NCBI RefSeq assembly: GCF_007990775.1
Contig: NZ_BJXB01000015.1
Location: forward strand, 89,053-153,052
Origin: Deinococcus cellulosilyticus NBRC 106333 = KACC 11606
GTDB taxonomy: Bacteria > Deinococcota > Deinococci > Deinococcales > Deinococcaceae
DNA length: 64,000 bases
Direction of reading: 5' to 3'
Every line of letters begins with the position of its first letter. Within the stretch, counting starts at the first letter, position 1. Of this stretch, positions 28,241-37,203 are shown one piece after another. The translations under genes were made by a program, and so were the position numbers. The notes below the pieces were generated by a model. It did not search any database. It was given only the letters and a program-made list of their open reading frames with translations, and was not told the origin of the DNA.

Positions 28241-28280
28241 AGCTGTTCCCCAGAGGCCCTGGACTTTTCGGGGTCTTTTT

Positions 28281-28979
28281 TCATGCCTTCAAGATGATTC
28301 GCAAGGCCAGTTCCACAGGCTCATAGCTGCTGAGCTGCGGGATGTCCGCATCTGGAGCCTCCAGTTGGAAGCGGTTGATCCAGACCGGCCTCAAACCTGC
28401 ATTTCTGGCCCCCTCCACATCTTTGTCCCACAGGTCTCCCACCATCACAGCTTCAGAGGGCGTACACCCCACAGTGTGGACGGCGAGCTTAAAGAGGGCA
28501 GGGTCTGGCTTTCGCAAACCCACCTCTCCAGAAACAAACCAGTGCCGGGGCAGGTTCTGCAACAGTTCCACATCCCGATCAAATTTGTGGGGTTGGTTGG
28601 TGATGATGCCCACTTCCGTCACCTGCCCTAAAGCCTGCAACACCTCCAGGGCTCCCGGGATCAGGGTGCGCTCTGCATCAAACCTGCTGCGGTACAGTCC
28701 GAATGCAGCGTGTCCTCTTTCCAGGGTGCAACTGTCCCCACAGGCTTCAAACATGCGCCTGAAACGCTCTGCTCTGGCGTGGTGGATGTCGTATTTTTTT
28801 GCCAGCACATCCACCATCAGGGTGTCATACAGGTCACTGTTCATGCGTTCCAGCACCTCCAGCGAGGTGCGGTTTTCCGCAAGCTGCTCCCCAAAAACAT
28901 GTTGCAATGCCTTCTGGGAGGTCCCGGTGTGGTCCAGCAGGGTGTCATCCAGATCAAAAAAAACCACTTTTGGAATCAT
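28281..28979 (-). CDS. HAD-family hydrolase
   Basis: Motif I VVFFDLDDTLLD and the C-terminal GDxxxD motif (MVGDLWDKD). Start at MIPKVVFF. Confidence 0.75.
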   Translation of the reverse strand: MIPKVVFFDLDDTLLDHTGTSQKALQHVFGEQLAENRTSLEVLERMNSDLYDTLMVDVLAKKYDIHHARAERFRRMFEACGDSCTLERGHAAFGLYRSRFDAERTLIPGALEVLQALGQVTEVGIITNQPHKFDRDVELLQNLPRHWFVSGEVGLRKPDPALFKLAVHTVGCTPSEAVMVGDLWDKDVEGARNAGLRPVWINRFQLEAPDADIPQLSSYEPVELALRIILKA

Positions 28980-29054
28980 GCCTTCATTCTGGAAGAAGAT
29001 CTGACACACGGTGCTCCATTGATCTGCACAAAATCAGGAGGCTATGCTGCTCTC

Positions 29055-29678
29055 ATGCCCGATCTTGCCTCCCTTGACCTGCCCACAGAAATCCACACCC
29101 CGCGTCTGCTGTTGCGCATTCCCAGCATGCAGGATGTGGAGCCCTTCCAGAACCTGATGGCCCTTTCCCACGAGCACCTGCAACGCTGGATGGCCTGGGC
29201 CTGCACCCTCCCAGAAATCCAGGTCACCCGTGAGCGCATGGAACAGAGCATCCAGTTTTTTCATGACCGCAAGGAACACCTGCGTTTCATGATTGTGCGC
29301 CGCAGTGACGCTGCCCTGATGGGCACATCCATCTTCAATTTTCTGGACTGGGACACCCCCAAGGCAGAAATCGGTTACTGGCTGGGCAAAGACTTCACCG
29401 GACAGGGTTACATGCGTGAGGCCGTGCAGGCCATGCTGGAGTATGGTTTCAACGAGATGAAACTCCACCGCATCGAAATCTGCACCGACGAGGAAAATCT
29501 GGCTTCCAGACGCATCCCTGAGAAACTTGGCTTCACCCTGGAAGCCGTCTTGCGAGAAGAACGCAGACACCACCTGCACCCCGAGAAATACATCAATTTC
29601 TGCATTTACGGGCTTCTGGAGAGAGAATATCGGGGTCAGATCCCAAATTGGTCCCACACACCAGATTTGATGTTGTAA
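29055..29678 (+). CDS. GNAT N-acetyltransferase (RimJ/RimL-like)
   Basis: The acetyl-CoA-binding motif ...GYWLGKDFTGQGYMREAVQAML...HRIEICTDEENLASRRIPEKLGF supports the call. Start chosen at the internal ATG of track ORF 28710..29678. Confidence 0.7.
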   Translation: MPDLASLDLPTEIHTPRLLLRIPSMQDVEPFQNLMALSHEHLQRWMAWACTLPEIQVTRERMEQSIQFFHDRKEHLRFMIVRRSDAALMGTSIFNFLDWDTPKAEIGYWLGKDFTGQGYMREAVQAMLEYGFNEMKLHRIEICTDEENLASRRIPEKLGFTLEAVLREERRHHLHPEKYINFCIYGLLEREYRGQIPNWSHTPDLML

Positions 29679-30349
29679 ATTCTGGAGGCGGGCACGCTGA
29701 CGGTGGTGCGCTCGGGGTAGAGCAGGGCAGTGAGTTTGCCTCCGAAGACGCATCCGGTGTCGATGTTCGCGGTGTTGTTCACCCAGCGCACCTTGCGGAC
29801 CGGGGTGTGGCCGTAGACCACCAGGGACAGGCCATGGTAATCCTTGGTCCAGTCCACCCGGGTGAGTTTGCCGTTGTGCATCACCCGTTCTCCGTGAATG
29901 GCAAGGTCTCGGGCAATGGGGGTGTTCACCCCGTGAAATTCTGCGGGGAGTCCTGCGTGGGCCACCACCAGACGGCCATGGTCGAGCATGAGCTGGGATG
30001 GAAGGCCATTCAGAAAGCTGAGCAGGTCGGCCTGGAAGGCTTTGGAGGTGGCTTCGATCTGCTGGATGGACTGCCGGGTGTTCGGGGAATCCACCTTCTT
30101 CTGCCCGGAAAGGTGGTTGAGGATGCGCAAATCATGGTTTCCCATCACGCACTGGGCGACCCCTTCCCTCACGAGGCGCATGACCAGCTGGTAGGACTCC
30201 ACCACCTGCGGTCCCCGGTCGGCGATGTCTCCCACAAAGATGATTTGCCGGTCGTCAGGGTGCCGGAAGCGGGCAGAGTACCCGAGTTGTTTGAGCAGGC
30301 GTTGCAGTTCTGCGTAACACCCGTGAATGTCACCGATGATGTCGTACAT
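29636..30349 (-). CDS. Metallophosphoesterase, PPP-family (ApaH/PrpE-like diadenosine tetraphosphatase)
   Basis: The motifs GDIHGC, GDIADRG and GNHD support the call. Confidence 0.7.
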   Translation of the reverse strand: MYDIIGDIHGCYAELQRLLKQLGYSARFRHPDDRQIIFVGDIADRGPQVVESYQLVMRLVREGVAQCVMGNHDLRILNHLSGQKKVDSPNTRQSIQQIEATSKAFQADLLSFLNGLPSQLMLDHGRLVVAHAGLPAEFHGVNTPIARDLAIHGERVMHNGKLTRVDWTKDYHGLSLVVYGHTPVRKVRWVNNTANIDTGCVFGGKLTALLYPERTTVSVPASRIYNIKSGVWDQFGI

Positions 30350-30389
30350 GGTCGTGGTCAGGGTCTCGATTCAGGTTCTGGTCTGGGAT

Positions 30390-31148
30390 TCAGTAACCTG
30401 CACCCAGAAAGTGCAGGCCGTGGGGTTTGACATTGGGGCCTGCCTCGGCACGGTTTTTGCCTTGCAGCAGGACTTCGAATTCACTGAGGGTCTGTCTGCC
30501 ACTGCCAATCAGCAGCAGGGTCCCGATGATGGCGCGGATCTGGTGGCGCAGAAAGCTCTCGCCACGGATGTGCACGGACAGATGGACACCGGAGTGCTCC
30601 AGATGACAGCCGTAGATGATGCGTCGGGTCTGGCGCTCTTCCTGGGTGGCAAAAGCCCTGAAATCGTGTTCTCCGATCAGCAGTGCAGCAGCCTCTTCCA
30701 TCTGCTTTAAGTTTAAAACATAAGGCACCCTCAGCGCACGGGTCTCATAGAGGGGACGCCTTTCTTCACAGAGCAACAGGTCATAGCGGTAGGCACGCCA
30801 TTTGCAGCTGAAACGGGCGTGAAAACCCGTTCTGGCCTCTTCTGCTTTCAAAACGCTCAGGTCCTCGGGAAGGTGAGCGTTCAGAGCACGCTTCAGTTTT
30901 GAGATGGGCACCCTGAGGTTTTTCACATCCACATGCACAGGCATGTTTTCGGCATGCACCCCGGTGTCGGTGCGGCCACAGGCCACAGGGACATGGGCTT
31001 CGGCAAAGCGCGAAAGGGCTGTGTGAAGCTCGGCCTGCACGGTGCGTTCGCCTTTTGCCTGCATCTGCCAGCCCTGAAAATGGGTCCCAAGGTACTGGAT
31101 TTCCAGGTACAGCCGCTGGTGGTCAGGTGGAGGGGCGTAGTCTGCCAT
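30390..31148 (-). CDS. truA: tRNA pseudouridine(38-40) synthase
   Basis: The catalytic region ...ACGRTDTGVHA... and overall TruA length and pattern support the call. Confidence 0.85.
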   Translation of the reverse strand: MADYAPPPDHQRLYLEIQYLGTHFQGWQMQAKGERTVQAELHTALSRFAEAHVPVACGRTDTGVHAENMPVHVDVKNLRVPISKLKRALNAHLPEDLSVLKAEEARTGFHARFSCKWRAYRYDLLLCEERRPLYETRALRVPYVLNLKQMEEAAALLIGEHDFRAFATQEERQTRRIIYGCHLEHSGVHLSVHIRGESFLRHQIRAIIGTLLLIGSGRQTLSEFEVLLQGKNRAEAGPNVKPHGLHFLGAGY

Positions 31149-31181
31149 TCGCTGTCAGCCTACGGGGTTTGGGTCTGGCTT

Positions 31182-33236
31182 TCAAGCGTCCCTTTTGCCG
31201 CGCAGGGCATAGTAGGCCTGTTTCTGCTCGTACATGCGTTCATCGGCAATGCGCAGCAGTTCGATCAGGCCTTCCGATTCATCCGGGAACAGGGACATCC
31301 CGATGCTGGCCCCCAGTGGGAACCCCCGGAGGCTCAGTGCCTGAATGGCGGTCTGGAAGCGCTCAGCGGCCTGCTGGGCTTCCAAAGTGCTGGTGGAGGG
31401 GAGGTAGGCCAGGAATTCATCTCCGCCCAGACGGAAGATCAGGTCGGTGGAACGCTGCACGCTCTTCAGGGACCGCCCCACCTGCCGGAGGATGTCATCG
31501 CCAAACTTGTGTCCGAAGTGGTCGTTGATGGCCTTGAAGCCGTTCAGGTCCATCAGCAGAAAGCTGGCAGGTTGCCCCGAGCGCCTGAGGCTGGCAAGCC
31601 CGAGTGGAATGAGGTTTTCCAGGGCACGGCGGTTGGGGAGGCCTGTGAGGGGGTCGGTTGCAGCGGCCTCCGAGAGCTCCTGGCGCAGTTTTGCTTCCTG
31701 AACGATCACAGCAAGCTGGCTGCCCAGGAGTCCAGCTACCTCCAGAGCGTCCTGATCGAAAGCGTGTTTGTCCAGCATGTTGTTCAGGGACAGGAAAGCC
31801 AGCATTTGACCTTCATGCACAATGGGAACACACAGGTCGGCCTGCAGTTTTGCCAGGGGGACCAGATCCTGGAGCACGTCTGTCTGGATGCGCTGCACAT
31901 CTGCATCGCTGCTGTCCAGCCTGCGGATGCGGGGAATGCCGTTCAGACACTCCTCCTGTGAGCCGCCGTACCAGACCAGAACGTCCTGTTCGGGAATCCG
32001 CACATGGGCCAGAGGACCAAGATCGAGCCCCTGGCTGGCAACCATGCGGTAATGCTGGTCCTCGCGGATCAGGAGGGCTCCGTACTGTGCTCCGGGAAGC
32101 AGGTCTGCAGCGGCGGTCATCAGCAGGGAATTGAGTTCATCCAGGCTCAGGGAGCGCAGGGCACTGAGGATGGCCTCACTTTTCTTGAGGCGCTCCAGCA
32201 GGGTCTGTTTCTGGATCAGCATCCCCAGCTGACGTCCCAGGTTGCTCAAGAACTCCTGCTCCTCACTGTCCCAGCGTTCATACTCCTTGCGCCCCACCAC
32301 CAGAAAGGCCCTGGAGCGGCTCAGGGAAGGCAAGGGAATGATGGCAACGGCAGCCCGGTCAAAGTCAGGCAGGTGGTGGCTGCGGGCGGTCTCTTCATCA
32401 TGGGTGAACAGGGCACGCTGCTCCAGGTAGGCCTTCCACAGCAGGTTGTGATTGAATTCCACATTCTGTGCGTCCAGAAGGGTGTGGGCGTAAGGCCTGA
32501 AGGTGTTCTTGTCGTACACGTACACCCCGCAACTGGTGTAATTGCGGTGGGAGAGCAGGGCGTAACACACCTGCTGGGCCCCCTCTTTGAGGTTGTGGGC
32601 GTCCTGCAGTTCCAGCGTGATGTAATTCAGGAAGGCATTTTCCTGATTGCGGGCAATTTGCGAAAGCCTCGCCTCCACCACTTTCAGCAGTTCATCAAGC
32701 TGGATGTGACGGGGCACCCCCCGCACTTCCAGCTGCGTCACCCGCTGGTTCAGGGCATAGATGGCGTAGGTGTTTGGAAGGGTCTGGATGATGTTCTGGT
32801 GGAGTTCCACCGATTTCACTCCATTGGACAGCAGGAAATCGCGGGTGTAGTTCAGCACGCTTTCCACGGTGGGGCTGTCTTCCAGTTCGCTCCACAGGCC
32901 CAGAAGCAGAGACTGGGTGGTCCCTGTGGGAGCGGTGCGGGGCCTGCGGTAGACCAGGCCAATGAAGTTGGCCAGCACCAGCATCCCGGCCACCAGCAGG
33001 GTTTTGCTGGCAATGGGGGTGCTCCAGCCCAGCACGATCAGCATGGCCAGCACAAAAGCACTGATGGGACCCGCAGGAATCGGGTAGATCAGCAGGGTGC
33101 CTGCAATGAGGAGGGCCACCAGCAGTCCCACCAGTTGAACGGGATACAGCTGAACCAGCAGCAGCACACCTCCTGCTGCGAGCAGGGGCAGGGCCATCTT
33201 GCTCCAGAGGGTGCGAGACACCGTCAGGGTGTTCAT
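31182..33236 (-). CDS. Membrane-anchored GAF-GGDEF diguanylate cyclase
   Basis: N-terminal TM helices, GAF-like middle region, and GGDEF domain with RLGGDEF and DPLTGLPNRR. Start at MNTLTVSR overlaps the upstream stop as ATGA. Confidence 0.8.
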   Translation of the reverse strand: MNTLTVSRTLWSKMALPLLAAGGVLLLVQLYPVQLVGLLVALLIAGTLLIYPIPAGPISAFVLAMLIVLGWSTPIASKTLLVAGMLVLANFIGLVYRRPRTAPTGTTQSLLLGLWSELEDSPTVESVLNYTRDFLLSNGVKSVELHQNIIQTLPNTYAIYALNQRVTQLEVRGVPRHIQLDELLKVVEARLSQIARNQENAFLNYITLELQDAHNLKEGAQQVCYALLSHRNYTSCGVYVYDKNTFRPYAHTLLDAQNVEFNHNLLWKAYLEQRALFTHDEETARSHHLPDFDRAAVAIIPLPSLSRSRAFLVVGRKEYERWDSEEQEFLSNLGRQLGMLIQKQTLLERLKKSEAILSALRSLSLDELNSLLMTAAADLLPGAQYGALLIREDQHYRMVASQGLDLGPLAHVRIPEQDVLVWYGGSQEECLNGIPRIRRLDSSDADVQRIQTDVLQDLVPLAKLQADLCVPIVHEGQMLAFLSLNNMLDKHAFDQDALEVAGLLGSQLAVIVQEAKLRQELSEAAATDPLTGLPNRRALENLIPLGLASLRRSGQPASFLLMDLNGFKAINDHFGHKFGDDILRQVGRSLKSVQRSTDLIFRLGGDEFLAYLPSTSTLEAQQAAERFQTAIQALSLRGFPLGASIGMSLFPDESEGLIELLRIADERMYEQKQAYYALRGKRDA

Positions 33237-35566
33237 TTCAGTGCCCCCATCCACTGCCTCAGGTCCCGGTGGCTGAGCGGTCTCGAGATGTGGTACCCCT
33301 GAATCAGGTCGCAGCGGTGGGTCCTCAGCCACTGCACCTGCTCTGAAGTCTCCACCCCTTCGGCGATCACTTTGAAACCCAGCCCATGCCCGAGCTGGAT
33401 CAGGCTGTCCATCAGGCGGTTGTCGGTCTCCGACTCCCCGAGGTAGGTGGTGAAACTGCGGTCCAGCTTCAGGACATCCAGAGGCAGATGTTTCAGGTAG
33501 CTCATGGAGGAGTACCCCACCCCGAAATCGTCCAGAGCCACCTTGATGCCCCACCTGCGCATCTCTTCGAGCCTGGAGACCACCACATCCCGTTCCTGCA
33601 TCAGGGTGCCCTCGGTGACTTCAATCTGCAGCCTTGAAGCCCTTTCTCCCAGACGAAGGGCAAAGTCCCGCATCCAGGCAAAGAATTCAGAGTCGCGGAT
33701 GGTGCTCGGAGACAGGTTCACCGAGCAGACAAAATCCAGGTCGCGCAATTCCTCCATGGCCAGCTCAATGACCCGCTGGTCCAGCCTGCGAATCAGGCCT
33801 GTCTCCTCGGCCAGATTGATGAATTCCTCGGGCGAGATGAAGCGTCCCTGGCGGTTTTGCAGGCGCACCAGGCATTCCACCCCCCACAGTTTCTGCTGGT
33901 GAATGTCCCACAGGGGCTGGTACTGCAGCACCAGTTTGCGTTTCTGGATGGCATCTCTGAGTTCCTGCTCGATCAGCATGCGTTCGCTGGAGGGAAGGTC
34001 AAACTCAGGGCGGTACACGGCCACCCCCTGGCGGTTCAGTTTGGCGTACCTCAGGGCAGAGTTGGCCTGCCGCAGCAAATCATGGTAGGTCTGACCCTGG
34101 TGGGGATAGATGGCCAGACCCATCGCCAGAGACAGGATGTGTTGCTGCCCTGCAAAGTGCAGGGGTTGCTCAAAAGCATTCTGCACGCTGTAGGCCACCT
34201 GCATCAGTTCCGAGATGGAAGAGCGGCGCAGCACCATGGCGAATTCATCCCCATCGAGCCTTCCGAGCAGGTCCGGGTGGGCCACATGCTTGCGCAGCTT
34301 TCGGGCCACGGCCTGCAGGAGTTCATCTCCCACGGCAAAGCCCAGAGAGTCATTGATGTCCTTGAAACGGTTGACGTCCCACAGCATCACCCCCACCACA
34401 TTCTGTGGATCTGCGGTCAGGATGAGCTGGTCTGCGGTGTCCTGCAGGTACGCCCGGTTGTAGAGTCCGGTCAATTGATCCGACTGGTTCAGGTATTCGA
34501 GGCGTTCCAGCGAGGCTTTCTGGGCACTGATGTCCCGGACCACGGCCAGCACGTCCTCTTCGCTGTGACGGGCCACCCGGGCCTCAAAGAACTGCACACT
34601 CTGACCCAGATCGAGGGCGTATTCAATGGTCTGCAGTTCTGCTGTCTCCAGGGCTCTGGAGATCACATGCTCGAACATCTCTGCCAGATGGGGAGGGAAG
34701 AGGTCGTAAATGCGTTTTCCAAGAAACATCTCCACTGGAGCAGCAAGCAAATCAGGATCTGGAGAGTGCACGTCCTTGCACACACCAGATCGGTCAATCA
34801 GGAACACTGTGTCTGGAATGGCGCTCAGCATGGTGCGGTGTCGGGCTTCACTTTCCCGCAACTGGCGTTCTGCCTCCTTGCGGTCCCGGATGTCCCGGGC
34901 GATCAGCACGGTGATGCGTTCGGCGGTGTTGGGTTCCACCCAGCTGCGGCACACCACCTCCACCTCCAGCCTTTCACCGGAGAGGCTTTTCCAGTGCTGC
35001 TCGGTCGGGGGCATGATCTGGTCCTCAGAAGGGAGGGCCTGCACCAGTTTCAGCAGGAAGGTCTGGTCTTCGGGTTCCACGACCTGCCAGAGGTTGAGTC
35101 CCACCGCCTGCTGGTCTGGAATGCCAAGCAGGGCGGCCATGCTGGAATTGGCATAGACGATGTCCAGCCGTTCACTGAGCATGCAGATGGCATCTGGCGA
35201 GATCTCCACCAGCGACCTGAAACGCTCCTCGCTCTGCATGACCTCGCTGATTTCTGGACGGACAGGGTTCAGAAACACCACCGCCCCTCCTGCAGGGCGG
35301 CTTTTCACAAACAGGTCCATCTCTGCTGGATGGTGTGCCGAGCGGTATTTGAGGTGGGCCGTGATGTGCTGGCCCTCGCGAGGAAGGTGTTCCCCTCGAA
35401 AGATGTTGCGGAGTTCTTCGCTGAAATGGCTGTCAAATGGGGTGTCCATGGGGTCCAGGGGAAGCAGGGTCCTGGCATAAGCGTTGCTGTAAATGCAGTA
35501 CCCCTGGGGGTTGGTCACAATCACGCCACTTTCAATTGCATCTGTCAATTCATCCCAGATTGGCAT
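33233..35566 (-). CDS. PAS-PAS-GGDEF-EAL c-di-GMP turnover protein
   Basis: Two PAS domains, GGDEF (RLDGDEF), and EAL domain (ECLVRLQ..., ...EGVE...). Confidence 0.85.
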   Translation of the reverse strand: MPIWDELTDAIESGVIVTNPQGYCIYSNAYARTLLPLDPMDTPFDSHFSEELRNIFRGEHLPREGQHITAHLKYRSAHHPAEMDLFVKSRPAGGAVVFLNPVRPEISEVMQSEERFRSLVEISPDAICMLSERLDIVYANSSMAALLGIPDQQAVGLNLWQVVEPEDQTFLLKLVQALPSEDQIMPPTEQHWKSLSGERLEVEVVCRSWVEPNTAERITVLIARDIRDRKEAERQLRESEARHRTMLSAIPDTVFLIDRSGVCKDVHSPDPDLLAAPVEMFLGKRIYDLFPPHLAEMFEHVISRALETAELQTIEYALDLGQSVQFFEARVARHSEEDVLAVVRDISAQKASLERLEYLNQSDQLTGLYNRAYLQDTADQLILTADPQNVVGVMLWDVNRFKDINDSLGFAVGDELLQAVARKLRKHVAHPDLLGRLDGDEFAMVLRRSSISELMQVAYSVQNAFEQPLHFAGQQHILSLAMGLAIYPHQGQTYHDLLRQANSALRYAKLNRQGVAVYRPEFDLPSSERMLIEQELRDAIQKRKLVLQYQPLWDIHQQKLWGVECLVRLQNRQGRFISPEEFINLAEETGLIRRLDQRVIELAMEELRDLDFVCSVNLSPSTIRDSEFFAWMRDFALRLGERASRLQIEVTEGTLMQERDVVVSRLEEMRRWGIKVALDDFGVGYSSMSYLKHLPLDVLKLDRSFTTYLGESETDNRLMDSLIQLGHGLGFKVIAEGVETSEQVQWLRTHRCDLIQGYHISRPLSHRDLRQWMGALK

Positions 35567-35810
35567 GGTCTTCCTTTGGTTCCCGGACGTCTTTTGATGG
35601 TGCGAGCCATATTGGATTATACGCTTTCACCAAATGCGAGTCTAACGGTTCTGTTGCACAGAAATGTCTGCAGAAAGCAAAATGGGGCAACATCAGTGCA
35701 GAGCATCTCCTGGATGCAAGAGGAATTTTCCAGATTGCACATCAGGGATCTCCCGTCTTGCACCAGACAGGTCTTTTGTTTTCAGAGACCTGACCCGATA
35801 GACTCTGGGC

Positions 35811-36920
35811 ATGAAGCATCACCTCTACCCGCACAGCACCACCTTCAGCCCTGATCCCCAGAGGGTGTTCTCATTCGATCTGGAGGGAAGGCTGATTTCG
35901 GTGTTCAAAGGTGGGGTGGTGTACAAGCGGGACCTGTCCAGCAACGTGCATGTGCGCTACCAGCAGGAGGGCAGACAGCGTGAGGTGCTGAACCCTGAGC
36001 AGGCCAGACGATTTTTTGAAGACGTTGAGAGGCAAATCCAGGACCTGCTCCCCATCCTGCCAGAGGATCTGGTTTGCAGGTTGAGAGACCGTTACACCCC
36101 GGATCAACTGCTGGACCAGAAAGCAAAGTTTTTGCAGGTGTACCGTCCCATCTCCATTCTGCCGCCCGATCAGTACCTCTCCGTGGTGCTGCAGGCCACC
36201 GAGGGGTGCACCTGGAACAAATGCACCTTCTGCAATTTCTACGCAGACCGTCCCTTCAAGGTGAAAACCCCGGAAGAGTTTGCAAAGCACGTGCAGGAGG
36301 TCCAGGCTTTCTTTGGTGAAGGGGTGCGGCTTCGCAAGAGTGTCTTTCTGGCAGACGGCAATGCCCTTGCCCTCAGCTTTTCCAGACTGCAGGAGATGCT
36401 CTTTCAAACCCGGCAGGCGTTTCCCGGTCTCCCGGTGGCCAGTTTCATTGATGTGTTCACAGGCAGCAGGCACACCCCTGAAGAGTGGACCGCCCTGAAA
36501 GACCTGGGCCTCCAGAGGGTCTTCATTGGCATGGAAAGTGGCCTGGACGAGGTGCTGCGCTTCATCAACAAGCCTGGATCTCAGGCAGACCTGCTGGAGT
36601 TTGTCTCTGAACTGAAACATGCAGGATTGCAGGTGGGCCTGATTCTGATGGTCGGGGTCGGTGGGCATGAATTCCGTGAACCTCATGCAGAGGCATCCCT
36701 GGAGGCCCTGAAAAAGATGCCTCTGGACGCAGGAGACCTGATTTACCTGTCGCCTTTTGTGGAACATCCAGGGTTCACGTACTCGGAGAAACGGGAAGCC
36801 GCAGGGCTCACCCCCATGTCTGAGCCTGAAGTGGAAACGGAACTGGCCCTGATGGCGAAAAGAGTGCGCAGCATGGGCCTGAAAGCTGCAAGATATGACA
36901 TCCGGGAATTTCTGTACTGA
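35811..36920 (+). CDS. Radical SAM domain protein with non-canonical CX4CX2C motif and an N-terminal extension of about 130 aa
   Basis: The cluster motif CTWNKCTFC is read directly from 36211-36240. Radical-SAM core motifs VFLADGNAL and RVFIGMESG are present. Confidence 0.65.
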   Translation: MKHHLYPHSTTFSPDPQRVFSFDLEGRLISVFKGGVVYKRDLSSNVHVRYQQEGRQREVLNPEQARRFFEDVERQIQDLLPILPEDLVCRLRDRYTPDQLLDQKAKFLQVYRPISILPPDQYLSVVLQATEGCTWNKCTFCNFYADRPFKVKTPEEFAKHVQEVQAFFGEGVRLRKSVFLADGNALALSFSRLQEMLFQTRQAFPGLPVASFIDVFTGSRHTPEEWTALKDLGLQRVFIGMESGLDEVLRFINKPGSQADLLEFVSELKHAGLQVGLILMVGVGGHEFREPHAEASLEALKKMPLDAGDLIYLSPFVEHPGFTYSEKREAAGLTPMSEPEVETELALMAKRVRSMGLKAARYDIREFLY

Positions 36921-37203
36921 TTGATCAGGTGTGTTTCAGCTCACAGGAGTATGAAGGTCTATAAGGCAGATTCTTCAGTGGCACCAGCTCAGGACCAAAC
37001 AACAGGCACCCTGACCCTGAAACATGTTATGGTCTGTCTGGTACACACTTTGCATTCTCAGGCCTGTTCAGAGGTGGACCCGGTTCAAGGTCAGTAAACT
37101 TGCACTGAATTCAAAGTTGTATGATACTGATCTGACAGAAGTCCACAACACTGAATGGCACTGTTTTTGCCTGTGCTGCACACCAAATCGATTAGGGGGA
37201 AAC

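Noticed and set aside
33857-35854. 665-aa ORF on the plus strand
   Set aside because: It is antisense to the PAS-GGDEF-EAL gene, with antisense-type composition and no motifs.
36921-37203. Possible riboswitch in the 280-nt leader of the 5'-nucleotidase gene
   Set aside because: I could not recognise a consensus for any riboswitch class, for example c-di-GMP or ydaO. The region may simply be a long untranslated leader with a promoter.
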